NCBI RefSeq assembly: GCF_035084215.1 | Contig: NW_027138739.1 | Span: 1 to 36,059, forward strand | Direction of reading: 5' to 3' | DNA: 36,059 bases | Origin: Heptranchias perlo | Lineage: Eukaryota | Part shown: in pieces, positions 1 through 13,059 of the stretch | Position numbering within the stretch: the first letter of the stretch is position 1 | Layout: each line of letters starts with the position of its first letter | Notes under the pieces: model-generated | What the model was told of the DNA's origin: nothing | The model's database searches: none | The model's input: only the letters and a program-made list of their open reading frames with translations | Position numbers and translations under genes: made by a program

Positions 1-108
1 TACATTACAACAGTGGCTACACTTGAAAAATAGTATTTAATTTACTGGAAAGCGCTTTGGGTCGCCCTGAAGTCGTGAACAGCGCTACATAAATGGAAAT
101 CTTTCCTT
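1..108 (+). mobile_element. 3' tail of a shark SINE (L2-tail/Deu-SINE-like), truncated by the window start
   Basis: The stretch ...AAGCGCTTTGGG...CCTGAAGTCGTGAACAGCGCTACATAAATG...CTTTC has an opposite-orientation relative at ~2330-2420. Confidence 0.5.
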
Positions 109-578
109 AGACGCTTTACAATAACCTTTAACGCATGCCTGACAGCATTGATATCATAACCAGTAGCATTTGCATTATTCTCGAAACCAATCACCACTGT
201 AATAAGCATTGTTTTTCATACCCTTTAGAATTTAACCCTATCAAAGAGCATTAATCTATCCCTGAGATCAATGCAATAAAAGCAAGGACTTTAATCCATA
301 TGAATCAGGATTAATCCCATTCATACTTTTCCTGACGCATCCCATTCATCCCTGCTCCTAGCATTGCCGATATTCATACCAACATTCTCTAAACTATCTC
401 CTCAGTCTCTCACAATATTGTTTGGTCCATTTGTCGATTTTGCCATTATTAACCATATGGACCTTCCTGCAGATTTCAGACTTGATATCATTATATTGCA
501 CCTTTCGCTGTTTCCTGATCATCTCAATCCACCCCCTCCAAGTTTACATGGTTTAGAAGAAATATGACTAAATCTATC

Positions 579-1720
579 AATTTTGGTTGCAGCTGTTTGA
601 ACCGCTCAACACGGGCGGGTTCGCCCCGAATTTACATAATGACTTATGTTTTCATGTCTGCAGGAAATCAGAACTAAGAAGTCTGTCACAAGTGTTGCCT
701 CACCTAAAAACGCCATTTATTAATTCAATTTGTAAACTAATCGATTAAGCTGAAGTGAGGTCAGTTAATGGACAGACAGCAGGAGTTGTGGCCTCATGTG
801 GCCTTACCGATGTGTCGTTAAGTACAAAGCCTTATTTAGGATCTAAGCTTTAGGCCGAAATCCTTGTTATTTTGCCGCAAAACAGCACGCAGCTCGCAGA
901 ATGCAGGTCAATGGCCCATAACTGAGCACAGGTCCCATACCATTCATCTGTAGCGTCTCGGTATCTTGTGATCTACAGCCGAATAAAACAAGAACTGGTG
1001 CCGAGAAACATTTCAAATGTTGGGTCGTGACTCTGCTGCGCGATTTGTTTGCAATGCTTTGACCTATTTTCCAAGGTGATAAATATTTTAATAATGATCA
1101 GTCTGTGCTTCCCATCAATAAAACTGACCGATCCACTTATAGACACTTGCTGAATAACATCGAATCGATTTAGCTCCGAAATATATGATGCAGTTTTATC
1201 AATCATTTTCCACCAAGCAATTGCATAACCGAGCTGTTGAACAGACGGCTATTCGAACTTATCGCTGAAATTATTTGATCTTAAGCATCTACTCGCATTA
1301 CGAACAAATTCTGGTTGAAAAGTTGTAAGAGGAACTGAAACAGTAGGATTTGGGCCCGGATCTCGCCGTCTCAGCCATAACTTGGAATGTATATCTTCCA
1401 AACAGCTTAAAGCCCACTTACTTTAAACCTCGTGATAAGGAGAGAGACAAGAATAGCTTTAGATAAATGACATAATCTTATTCCGTGTGTATCGCAAGCC
1501 GATTGTATTTTAATAAGTTGAGGAGGTTGTTCTGGACGGTGATTGATGCGCGGAACAGATTATTATTAGTTGATGATGTGGAAGTGGGGAGGTAATGGCG
1601 ATAACACACAGCAAACGAGTCAGTTCCTTGTTTTAGTTCCCTTACGATACGAAAACTTCAGGCTATAAGTGGCATCGGGGCGAACCCCGCCTGTGTGTTG
1701 CGGTGAAAGCCGTCAAAATT
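579..1720. repeat. Diverged inverted repeat pair (MITE/DNA-transposon-like arms at ~579-700 and ~1600-1720)
   Basis: AATTTTG...ACCGCTCAACACGGGCGGGTTCGCCCCGA (579-630) is close to the reverse complement of TCGGGGCGAACCCCGCCTGTGTGTTGCGGT...CAAAATT (1675-1720). Confidence 0.5.
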
Positions 1721-1879
1721 AATTGGCTGCACTGGCCAGTATTTACTTATTAAAACCATTAGGATTGAACGTACATCGATACTATTAATGGATTGATGTG
1801 TTTTATTGTGTTATATTATAAAAATATAAATGTATTAGCACATGTGTGAATGGAGAAATAAACCACACTGTCCGGAGAA

Positions 1880-2323
1880 GAAGGAATGGTTTGACTTATA
1901 GGGAGAGGTTAGATAGACTGGGACTTTTGTCCCTGGAGAGTAGGAGGTGATCTTATAGAAGTCTGTAAAATAATGAGGGGCATAGATCAGGTAGATAGTC
2001 AAAATCTTTTCCCAAAGGTAGGGGAGTCTATAACGAGGGGACATAGATTTAAGGTGAGAGGGGGGAGATATAAAATGGTCCAGAGGGGCAATTTTTGCAC
2101 TCAAAGGGTGATGAGTGTCTGAAACGAGCTGCCAGAGGCAGTAGTAGAGGCGGGTAATATTTTGTCTTTTAAAAAGCATTTGGACAGTTACATGGGTAAG
2201 ATGGGTATAGAGGGATATGGGCCAAGTGCAGGCAATTGGGACTAGCTTAGTGGTATAAACTGGGCGACATGGACATGTTGGGCCGAAGGGCCTGTTTCCA
2301 TGTTGTAAACTTCTATGATTCTA
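1880..2323 (+). mobile_element. CR1-like LINE 3' fragment
   Basis: Encodes decayed ERLDRLGL..., RGHRFKV and FTQRV motifs and ends in a TTCTATGATTCTA tail. Confidence 0.85.
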
Positions 2324-2562
2324 AGGAACATGCATTTCTGTAGCGCCTTTCACGGCCTCATGATGTCCCAAAGTGCTTCACAGCCAATGAAGTACTTCCT
2401 GAAATGTCGTCGTTGTTGCATAAGAAACATGTGGATGTTTATATTGCTCAAATCTCAACATTCCGGTTAAGAGACTACGTGGTAATTCAGTTGGAATTGC
2501 ATTCCTTAATTTAAATTGAAGGAGGAACATTCAGATATCAAAAGTGTTCAGTGCAACTTAGA

Positions 2563-3160
2563 TTCATAAAATCATAGAAAGGTTCGAGCACAGAAGGTGG
2601 CCGTTCGGCTCGTCGTGCCCGCGCCTGTTCTCTGCAAGAGCAATCCAGCGAGCTCCAATCCCCCGCCCTTTCCCCGTAGTCCTGCAAATGTTTTCCCTTC
2701 AAGTACTTATCAAATTCCCTTTTGAAAACCACGATTGAATCTGCCTCCACCACCCACTCAGGCAGTGCATTCCAGATCACAACCACTCGCTGTGTAAAGA
2801 AGTATTTCCTCCTGTCGCCTTTGTTTCTTTTGTAAATCACCTTAATTCTGTGTCCGCTGGTTTTCGAACCTTCCACCAATGGGATCAGTTTCTCTTTATC
2901 GAATCTGTCGAGACCTCACATGATTTTGAACACCGCAATGAAATATCCAATCAACCTTCTCTGCTCTGAGGTGAACAACCCAGCTTCTCCAGTGTATACA
3001 AGTAACTGAAGTCCCTCATCCATGGAATCATTCTTGTAATTCTTTTCTGCACCTCCTCCTAGGCCTTGACATCCTTCCTAAAGTGTGGTCCCCAGAATTG
3101 GACACAATACTCCTGTTGTGGCCGAAATAGTGTTTATTAAAGGTTCATCATAACTTCCTT
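2563..3160 (-). mobile_element. CR1-like LINE 3' fragment
   Basis: ORF 2538-2879(-) reads GHRIKVI...FFTQRVVVIWNALP, and ORF-end EYCVQFW codons are present near 3100. Confidence 0.85.
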
Positions 3161-3497
3161 GAAGTTTAGAGATTCCCGTAGCTGTGGATAGGATAACACC
3201 GGGGTAAACAGAGACAGAGCTAGATACCCAAAATATTACGCATATTGTGGAAACAAGGAAGCCATGTGACCAGGAAACAGAAACTGAGCGGGAACATTGA
3301 TAATGGCGGATGGAGATTATCATAGACAGGCCACACTGACCTGCTGGCAGGTTGCCAAATTGGCTGCTGAGGCAGAAAAAATAAGCAAACTAGCAGAGGC
3401 AAATACAGTCTATGTAAACCAAATTATACAGCAAATCTCACCAAAATATTAACGTCTACATTTGGGCAAAGAAAGAAGAAGACTGCATAGACAACTA

Positions 3498-4216
3498 AAT
3501 CATAGAATCGTTACAGCACAGAAGGAGGCCATTCGGACCTTCGAGCGTGTGCTGACTCCTTGTAAGAGCAATCCAGTCAGTATCCCCAGCTCTTTTCCTG
3601 TAGCCCTGCAATTTTTTTCTCTTCAAATATTTATCCAGTTCCTTTTTGAAAGTCGCGATTGAATCTGCCTCGACCATCCTTTCAGGCAGTTCATTCCATA
3701 TCATAACCACTCGCTGTGTAAAGAAGTTTTTCCTCACTTCATCTTTTGTTCTTTTGCCAATCACCTTAAATCTCTTTCCTCTGTTTCCCGACCCTTCTGC
3801 CAATGGGAACAGTTTCTCTGTTTTTACTTTATCTAAACCGGTCTTAAATTTAAACACTTCTATCAAATCTCGTGTCAACCTTCTCTTGTCTAATGAAAAC
3901 AACCCCAGCTTCTCCAGTCTATCCACGTAACTGAAGTCCCTCCTCCCTGGGAACATTCTAGTAAATCTTTTCTGAACACTTTCTGAGGCCGTCACATCCA
4001 TCCTAAAGTGCGATGCCCAGAATTGGGCACAATAATCCAGTTTGTAAAGGCTCATCATAACCTGTTTGGTTTTGTACTCTATGCGTATATTTTTATTAAA
4101 AACAGGATTCCCTATGCTTTTTAACTGCTTTCTCAACCTGTCCTGCCACCTTCAAAGATTTGAGAACTCATAACTCCAGGTCTTTCTGTTCCTGCACCAC
4201 CTTTAGAATTGTACCA
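3498..4216 (-). mobile_element. CR1-like LINE ORF2 C-terminal fragment
   Basis: ORF 3495-4136(-) contains LDYCAQFW, VQKRFTRM, RLEKLGLFSL and FFTQRVVMIWN. Confidence 0.9.
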
Positions 4217-4689
4217 CTGGGCAGTGAATCATTATTCCTAATTATCTTTAGCCATTGGGACCGAATTTCCTTGCACGTGCTTCTCTGCTTGCTTCACATA
4301 GTAGAAATTATTATTTGGATTCGGCATCCAAGAACTAGGAATTCCACAGAGCGGGCAGCCAGAGTTAGCAAAATCTTTAAATCATACAAGAGGCAGTTGG
4401 GATTTCTAAGGAAAGGTGAGTTAGGAAAGCAGAAAAGAGGGGAACATTCTGCATAAATATTGCTTTGGATTGATATGGTTATTAACACTTTTTTTAGGGG
4501 TAATCTTTGCACGGGTTGTCCTAATTATAGTGGTAAACATAGGTAAGTTTAACATTAGTGCCAATATGAACAGAATACTGAGCAGGCACCTGCGGAGTGT
4601 GTCAGTGTTGCTGCCACTGGGGCTGGTGATGACATTGCTGATGTCAGTGAGAGAGAGTTCAGATATAAGTGAGACAGGAATTTGACTCT

Positions 4690-5200
4690 CCAAACCCACC
4701 CTTCCTTAGAAACACAAACTGCCGGTTTTATGATTTCAAGATTTTTCTTCCACTGCCCCACCGGAAGACCATTCCCGTGAGTGGTCATTCTTTGTGGATA
4801 GAAGTGCTTCCTTACATCAGTCCTGAACTTGCCTTTTACCCGTTTCCACTTGTTTCTCATTGACCTGCAGTCGTGGTTTAACTTGAAGTAGAGCTCCAGT
4901 TTAATCTTTCCGCGTCCACTAATGCACCTGCCTCCTAAAAAGACGAAATAATCCACCCTTTACTGGACTTTGCTCATAACCCGGCCCTTGACAGTAGAGA
5001 TGACCTCAGTGGCCCTTCTTTGCACCGTTCCCAGGGCTTGGACCATTCTGCTGCGCCCCAATAACCCGAACTGAAATCTGTATCCAAGGCGTGACTTGAC
5101 CGGGTCACGATATGGAGTCAACGTGACAGTCTTTGAACTGTGCCTTCCTGAGATGGTAATGTAGCCCAGCATTCGGTTTCCTTCATAAATATGGTTCTGT
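4690..5200 (-). mobile_element. Old CR1-like LINE fragment
   Basis: Degenerate VQRRAT and KFRTDVRKHF motifs appear in ORFs 4960-5301(-) and 4555-4956(-). Confidence 0.6.
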
Positions 5201-5994
5201 TCTCTACTATATTTCAATGGGCCATTGTTCAGCTTTAGCACATGGCTGTAAACAATCGGCTGGGTACAGAGCAGAGAGGAAAATCTGGTAGGGAGAATCA
5301 CACACTGTTATTCTAGTCGGAGGAAAGTCGGACGGGTTCCATTACCAAGGGACGATTCTTTCCGCCTGATTTTCCTCATTCCACGAGTGATACCGTAGGC
5401 CCAGACCCTGAAGACACAAACCTGCCCCCGACCACCCCCATCTCTCTCAGCTTCTCCCTCACTGAGTTGTGCACCATCAAGTAAGCATGTTCTGCATTTT
5501 CCTTCCAATGTTAATTAGCTGAATTATATTTCATCTGTCGTATTCCCGCCCACATTAAAATATTATTGAGGTTTTCCTGTAACTCACCGGATTTTTCTAT
5601 TAGTCTCTACACCCCTTCTTTTTTCTGTGATATGGACCAATTTACATTACTTTTTGAATTGGTGCCACTTATAAAGCTCAGGAAATGTAGAAATCTTGAC
5701 GACCATCCCTGGGGCACTGCGCTCATCTTCTAACCCCGAAATCAGTCCCCAAACTACTACCTGCTGCTTACCCTCATCAAGACAATGGCTGACCCATCTC
5801 CAGGTTTTATCGATGATAAAAATGGAGAAGAAAACCGAGCCATGTGTAAAACAGATTGTCGATTCGTTATAACCCGTCCTTCGTCCGGCAGTGAGTAAAT
5901 ATTGCTCGCCCCCAGTGAAGTTACTACAAATTGTCATTAGGGATAGGGTGACTGAGCACGTGAACAAATATCACCTGCGGCTCTGTTAATGTAA

Positions 5995-7347
5995 GTCATG
6001 TCGGCCGAATCAAGTTGAATTTTATGAGGAGGTCACTAATAAGGTAGACGTGGGAGTTTCTATCGATATTTTCTGTTTGGACTTCCAGAAGGCGTTCGAT
6101 AAGGTTCTACACAGGAGATTATTAGAAAAAATGGGGGGCGGACGGAATTGAAGGGAGCTCTTTGACACAGGTTGGAAATTGGATGGGAGATCGGAGACAG
6201 AGAGTGGGGCTAAAGGGTACGTATTTGAATTGACAGGATCTGAGATGTGGTCTTCTCCAATGATCTATCTGTTTCTGGCTTCAACTTTTCACCATTGTTA
6301 TTAATGCCTTGGCTGACGGAATAGAAAGTTGTAAATCCATGTTTGCAGATGACACTAATTAGGAGGAGCAGTAAGTAGTGCAGATGGGAGCAGGGCGTTG
6401 AAAAGCGACATAGGTAGAATAAGTGAGTGGGAAAACTGTGACAGATGGAGTTCAATGTGAGCAAGTGGACACAAGAAAGATAAATCGGAGAATTGTCTAA
6501 ATCGTGGGAAACTAGGAACTGTACAAGCGCATAGACATTTGGGAGTTCAAGTACACCAATCATTAAATGCTGGGGGAGAGTTACAAGAAATAATCGAAAC
6601 GGTTGATGAGTTTTGGCTATTTCTCAAGGAGGCTGGAATACAGAGGGGAGCAAGTTACGCCTGGTTGTACAGACCCGTGATGTAAGTATCGGTGTACCAG
6701 GTAGAATAACCATAGTAAGATTTTATAATATATGCCCACATATTAGTACACATTCTGCAATGGCTATATAAGGTTAGGACTGGAGTGTTCCAGACAATAC
6801 CTCATGAACCTTCCATGAGAAGAGGTAAGAAATATACTGCAGAAAGTATATAGTAGATCTCACACACTGGAGCTCATGGGGACCTTCAACCCTGAAGGAG
6901 TCATTGGTCTGTGATTATTGGTACCGGTATTTCACATGCACTGCATTTAAGGGCGAGTGATTTATTATCTGATTGAGTTGATTTAATAACAGTTATTAAC
7001 CAGACGTTTCAGTGTTTCTTAGTCCTCCAAAATATTTCGACTTGTGGGGGAGTCTAAAACTAGGGGTCGTAAATATAATCGTAAATCCAACATGGAATTC
7101 GGGAGAAAGTTCGTACTCAAGCAGTGGTGAGAATGTGGAACTCGCTGCCACCGGGAGTGGTTGAGGTGAATAGCATAGATGCATTTAAGGGGAACCTAGA
7201 TAATGATATGAGGGAGTCAGGAATATATTGATTGGGTGAGATCAAGTGAGGTGCAAGGATGCTCCTGTGGAGCATAAATACCGGCCGAGACCAATTGGGT
7301 CGAATGGCTTGTTTCTGAACTGAACATTCTATGTAATTCTATGTAAT
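5995..7347 (+). mobile_element. Decayed CR1-like LINE RT region and 3' end, interrupted by an insertion
   Basis: DFQKAFDKV (GACTTCCAGAAGGCGTTCGATAAGGTT ~6080) and FADDT (TTTGCAGATGACACT ~6342) codons are present, with a TTCTATGTAATTCTATG tail. Confidence 0.8.
6681..6991 (+). mobile_element. Possible solo LTR nested in the CR1 copy
   Basis: A 311-bp non-LINE block begins TGTAAG and ends TAACA. It contains TATATAA (~6765) and is flanked by GTGA/GTTA, a near 4-bp duplication. Confidence 0.45.
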
Positions 7348-7349
7348 AA

Positions 7350-9670
7350 AGTTCAATATTCCATTAGCCTTTTGGTTGATTTTTGTCCCCGTTTACTAGG
7401 TTTAAATGATTGGTATGCTTGGATTCCCAAATCTCTTTGATCCTCTACAGTTCCTAATCTCTCAATATTTAGAAAATGTTCCGATTTATCTTTCTTGGTA
7501 AACTCCCACTCGCCAACATTGAAATCCACCTGCCAGAGTTTTGCCCACTTATTAATCTGTCGTCGTCGCCATGTAACTTTCTGTTCTCACCCACACAACT
7601 TACTGTCCCTCATCATTAATGTCATCTGCAGATTTGGATATACAACTCCTATTCCTTCATCCAAGTCATTAATAAAGGTGGGGAAACGTTGAGGCCCCAG
7701 AAAAGATCCCTGAGCCACATCACTTATCAGATCCTGTCAATCTGATTACATGCCTTGGTGAGATACCGCATTGTAAACTCATGGATAAGGTCAGAGCATG
7801 TGGAGTCAGGGGGCAGGTAGATGAACGGATTGCAAGTTGGCTACAAAACGGGAAACATAGAATGGGGGTTTAATGTTTACCCCTCAGGATAGCAAACGGT
7901 GGGAAGTGGTGTTCCACAGGTATCAGTACTGGGACAACTGTTGTTCACAATTTGAATTAATGCTTCGAATTCAGGAATCGGGAGTACAATTTCAAAATTT
8001 ACGGACGACATCAAATTGGGGGGTTGTGGATAACAAAAATGAAGAATGCGTCAAAATGCAAAAGGACATTAATAAACTCGCGGAAGGGTGTGTAATTGGC
8101 AAATCAATTTCAATATAGATAAGTGTGAGATGATGCATATTGGCAAGAAGAATAAGGAGGCAACATACTGCTTGGACAGTAAGGGTTTAAATGGGATAGA
8201 GGAGCAAAGGGTTGTAGGGGTACAGATACACATATTACTAAATGTAGCCACACAACTTAATAAGGCCATAAAAAGGCAAATAAAGCACGAGGGTTTATTC
8301 GAGAGGGATAGAATTGTAAAGCAGAGAATTTATGTTAAACTTGTATCGAACCTTAATTAGAACTTGGAGTATTGTGCACATTTCTGGTCTCCATATTATA
8401 AAAAGGATATAGAGGCATTGGAGAAGGTGCAAAAAAATTCGCAAGAACTATACAAGAACTGAACAGATATCCTTATCAGGAAAGGCTGAACAGACTCTCT
8501 ACAGAAAAAAGGCTGAGGGGTGAACTGATACAGGTCTTTAAGATAATGATGGGGTTTGAAAGAATTGAACAGTAGAAAATGTTTACTCTTGTCGGGGAGT
8601 CCAAAATTAGAAGACATAAATGTAAAATTGTCATTAATAAATCCAATAGGGAATTCAGGAGAAACTTATTTACCCAAAGAGTGGTAAGAATGTGGAACGC
8701 GCTACCACAAGGAGGAGTTGAGGCATCGATGCATTTAAGGTTAAGCTAGATAAGCACATGGGCGGTAATGGAATAGAAGGGTATCCAGAAAAGCTTAGAT
8801 GGATTCGGGAGGGAGGAAGCTCATGTGGAGACTAAGCACCAGCACAGACCAGTTGGACCGAATGACCTGTTTCTTTGCTGTAATGTCCATTTAACTCAAC
8901 TGTACTTGATTAGCGACCGCATGAAAAAAAAAATGTAGATTATCCAAATGGGGATTACCCTGAACAAAGCCACGCTTGTTCGCCCTGAACGTCTGATATT
9001 TGTTCACGTGCTCATTCATTCTATCCCTAATGAGAGACTCTGGTAACTTCTTCACAACTGATGTTAAACTGCAAGCTTTGCAGTTTCCTGGTTTCTCTCT
9101 CTCAGCCCTCTGAAATAATGAAGTGACATCAGCAATTTCCAATCTATCTGCACAATTACCGAACCAAGAGAGCTTTGAAAGATTATGACTAACGCTTCTG
9201 TATTTTCCTCACCCACTTATTATAATTCCCTGGGCTGGAAACTATCGGATCCAGGTGATTTATCTGTCCTAAATCCCATTATTTCCTGCATACCTTTTTT
9301 TTTTACCAATATTGAATATAATAAGATGCACCTCTTGATTTTTTTTTTAGTTTTCCTTCTATCACTGATATTTTATTCTCTTCCTGTACTGTGAACACGG
9401 ACACAAAGTGCTCGTTTAATAAATCTGCCATTAACGTGTTACCTATTACAATATTAGTTCCATCTGTCTTTAATGGCTTACATCTCCCTTAGTCACATTT
9501 TTACTCTGAATATGTTCATACAATCATTCACTATTAGCCTTCATATTACTTGCAAGTTTTTCCATATACCTTTTAACCAGATCTTCATATTTTCTTTGTG
9601 TCCTTTTGTTTTTTTTTCCTGTATTGCTCCCAGTCTGCTGGATGACAACCTTTCTGGGCATTGATGTAAG
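7350..9670. mobile_element. Cluster of CR1-like fragments in alternating orientation (- ~7350-7750, + ~7760-8890, - ~8890-9670)
   Basis: SGVPQ, NWQINFNIDKC, LEYCAHFWSP and PGNCKACSLTSVV (the PGNYRPVSLTS motif) remnants are present. Confidence 0.75.
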
Positions 9671-9939
9671 GTTAATATCCTACAACCGTGTTAGCAGTGA
9701 AACGTGCTTCATTAATTGTACAGACCAGCTCAGTCAAGACAATAAGGAAACATTGAGTTGAAAAGGGGGGGAGGGGTCAGGTGAGAGGGAATTTAGAAAT
9801 CTAATTAGATAAGTCAAGGCAATAGAGCAGTGGGGTGATTTGGGTAAAGATAAGCAGAGTGTGACATGAAGGGATGGAGAGTTTAACGGTAATAGCGCGA
9901 AAGCGAATAATGTCAAAGCAGGGAAAATGGTAAAATCTT

Positions 9940-10490
9940 AAAATTAAAGGCGCTTTATCAGAATACATGAAACATTCGTAACAAGACAGACGAATTAGTG
10001 CCGCAAAAAGGGATAAATGGATTTGATCTAATATCTATTACAGAGACGTGGTTGCAAGGTGTCCAGGGTTGGGAACAAAATTTTCCAGTGTACTTGACGT
10101 TTCGAAAAGACAGGCAGAATGGAAACGGAGGGGTGGGTGTAGCCCTGATAATAAAGGATGACATAAGGAGAGTGGTGAGAAAGGATCTTGGCTCAGGAGA
10201 TCGGGAATTTGAATCAGTATGGGTGGAAATATGAAATAACAAGGGGCAGAAAACATTGTTGGGAATAGTTTATAGGCCCACTAATAGTAGCTATACGTTT
10301 GACAGAGGATTAATCAAGAAATAAGAGGAACTTGAAACAAGGGAATGCAATAATCGTGGGGGACTTTAATCTTCATATAGACTGGACAAATCAAATTGGC
10401 AAAGGTGGTCTGGAGGATGAGTTCATGGAATTTATTCGAGACAGTTTGTTCGAACAATACATCATGGAACCAACCAGGGAACAGACTATT
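9940..10490 (+). mobile_element. CR1-like LINE apurinic-like endonuclease domain fragment
   Basis: ORFs 9998-10234 and 10332-10541 read DLISITETWL, GGVGVALII and IIVGDFNLHIDW. Confidence 0.85.
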
Positions 10491-11279
10491 TTATTACATT
10501 CAGATGCGCAGTGGTGTGAAGTGTTTCGGGCTTTGCATTAGTTGTGAAAGTGCCAGTGCAATGTTGGGGGTTAATATGAAGAGTGCCCTCTGGGAGGGAG
10601 TATGTTTGCAGCGGGTGAGATTGCCAATACATTAAATTAGATTGGTAAACCAGCTCCAAATGGCAGCACCAGTCACAGTATAACTACAGCTCAATGAGGA
10701 GCACGGTTTAAAGATGCCCAATTGTGGAACTCCTGCCCGCTTTATTCTAAAATTACAAAGTATCTAACAGAGGACAGCAGCTCACGCAGTATCCTTTTGT
10801 CCCTGATTATTGAGCAAGATCCAAGCGGCTGTGTCTCTCACTCAGCGAGCTGTAAATCACCCCACACATGGTGATCTGACACTGCTGCCTGTCGTATCAT
10901 TGTACTCAGTGACTCCTCCTAGTTTTACTTCCTAAAAGTTATATGAAAGCCTCAGTCTATATGTAGCACGGGGCAGACCCGATCTTTGATGTTGCGGCTC
11001 CCTCAAGCACAACAGGTGTTTAATAATTGAGACTGGAACTGAAGAAAATGAGCGGAGCAAACGCCTCCCTGTAGCATTCCTCCACTACTTAACTGGGGAG
11101 ACACACGTTTAAAATAAACTAATCAAAATTTGTGCTAAAATAGCGAACAAAAGAAACGCTTCCCAGTGCTCAAAATGCTGATTCGCAAAAGACAACAACA
11201 CCAAAATCAAGGCCGTGATGTCAGATGGAATTAATGCTCATGATATCAGCTATCAGAACTCGGACTGAGTTGATCTTAG

Positions 11280-12562
11280 TAATAATCAAAGAGAGCCAGC
11301 ATGCAGTTGTAAAGTGTAGTTCACGCATGAGGAATCTGATTGAATTTGTTGAAGAGGTGTCTAAAATAGTGGACAGGGGAATATCTCTATGACGGTTGTT
11401 GATATCGACTTCCAGAAGACATTCGACAAAATCCCTCATAAGAGACTGTTAGCTGAAGTTGAAGCTCAGGGAATTGAGGGAAAATTATTGACTTGGTTAG
11501 GAATTTTTCTGAGGGGCAGGAGACAGACAGTTGGTATAATGGGCAGGTACTCAAATTGGCAGGATGTGACTAGTGGCGTCCCACAGGGATTTGTGTTAGG
11601 GCCTCAGCTATTCACTGTAATTATTAACGGCTTAGATGACGGGATAGAGAGCCACATATCCAAATTTGTCGACGGAAAAAAAGATAGGCAAGATAGCAGT
11701 ATAGATGGAAGCATAAAATTACAGAGAGTTATTAATGTATTAAGTGAATGGGCAAAACTGTGGCAAATGGATTTCGTTATAAGCAATTGTGAGGTCATCC
11801 ACTTTGGACCGAAAAAGAATGGATCAGAGTACTTTCTAAATAGTTAAAAGCTCGAAATAGTGGAGCTCCAAAGAGACTTACGGGTACATATGCAGAAATC
11901 ATTAAAATACAGGAAATAATCAAAAAGTTTAATGGAATTCTGGCCCTTATATCTTGACGATTGAATACAAGGCCGGTAGAAGTTATGATGCAGCTGTACT
12001 TAGTTCTTGTGAGACCACGCCTGAAGTACTGTGTTCGGTTCTGGGCAGCGCACCTTAGGCAGGATATATTGGCCAAGGGGGGAGTGCAGCGTAGATTGAC
12101 TGGAACGATACCTGGACTCCAAGGGTTAAATTTCGATGAGAGGTTACACAAACTAGGGTTGTATTACCTGAAATTTAGAATACTAAGGGGTGATTTGATC
12201 GAAGATTTCAAGATATTAAGGGGATTTGATAGGATAGATAAAGAGGAATTATATCCGCTGGTTGGGGAGCCAAGGATTCGGGGACATAACATAAAAACTG
12301 GACTTTCAGGAATGAAGATAGGAAACGCTTCTACACGCAAAGGGTGGTTTAAGTTTGGAACTCTCTTCCGCAAACGGCAGTTGATGATTGCTCAATTGTT
12401 AATTTTGAATCTGAGATTGACAGATTTTTGTTAACCAAAGTGATTCAGTGATTTGGGACTAAGGCAGCTCTATGGGGTTACGTCACAGATCAGCCATGAT
12501 TTCATTGAATGACTGAACAGGCTGGAGGGCCGAAATGGCCTACTCCTGTTCCTCGGTTCCTA
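11280..12562 (+). mobile_element. CR1-like LINE RT domain to 3' end
   Basis: ORFs 11389-11847 (DFQKTFDKIPH, VTSGVPQGFVLGPQLF) and 11961-12434 (RPRLKYCVRFW) are followed by a CCTACTCCTGTTCCT tail. Confidence 0.9.
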
Positions 12563-12707
12563 TTTTCCGAATTAGATCCTAAATAATTGTCATGCTGTGA
12601 ATACTGCTTTGGTCCAGTAATACTTTCATGTTGCCAGGCCAATGAAATTCCAACACAGTAGGAGGGGGGTGAAAAAAAAATCTATTTATAACAAATCAAG
12701 ACGTTAA

Positions 12708-12805
12708 GAGTGATAACCTCTCGTCGATGACTCATATTTTGATGACAAAGGTTATGAGTGATAACCTCCAGTCGATGACCCATATTTTGATGATATGGTT
12801 CATGA
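12708..12805. repeat. 48-bp tandem duplication
   Basis: GAGTGATAACCTC...GTCGATGAC.CATATTTTGATGA occurs at 12708 and 12756. Confidence 0.8.
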
Positions 12806-13059
12806 CTGTGGAGTGAATCGAATAACTGGACCCTCGTTCCAGCGATTATCGATCACAAACAATTTGGATGGTGAAGTCTGGGGAGATCATCGGGGAATTT
12901 TCCCGCTCCGGGAGCGCGTATCGAAACATTTCCAGTCAGTGAAGTAATTAAATTCATAGATGACAGCAAGCTCGGAGAGTTATGGAATTAGCTTATGCCG
13001 CCAAAATATTACATTGAATGCGCTCCGCGGTCTGCACATAATATATAGAAATATATAAA

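Noticed and set aside
12892-12904. NF-kB-like GGGGAATTTTCCC ~3 kb upstream of the promoter
   Set aside because: It is a single motif with no supporting context, which is insufficient evidence.
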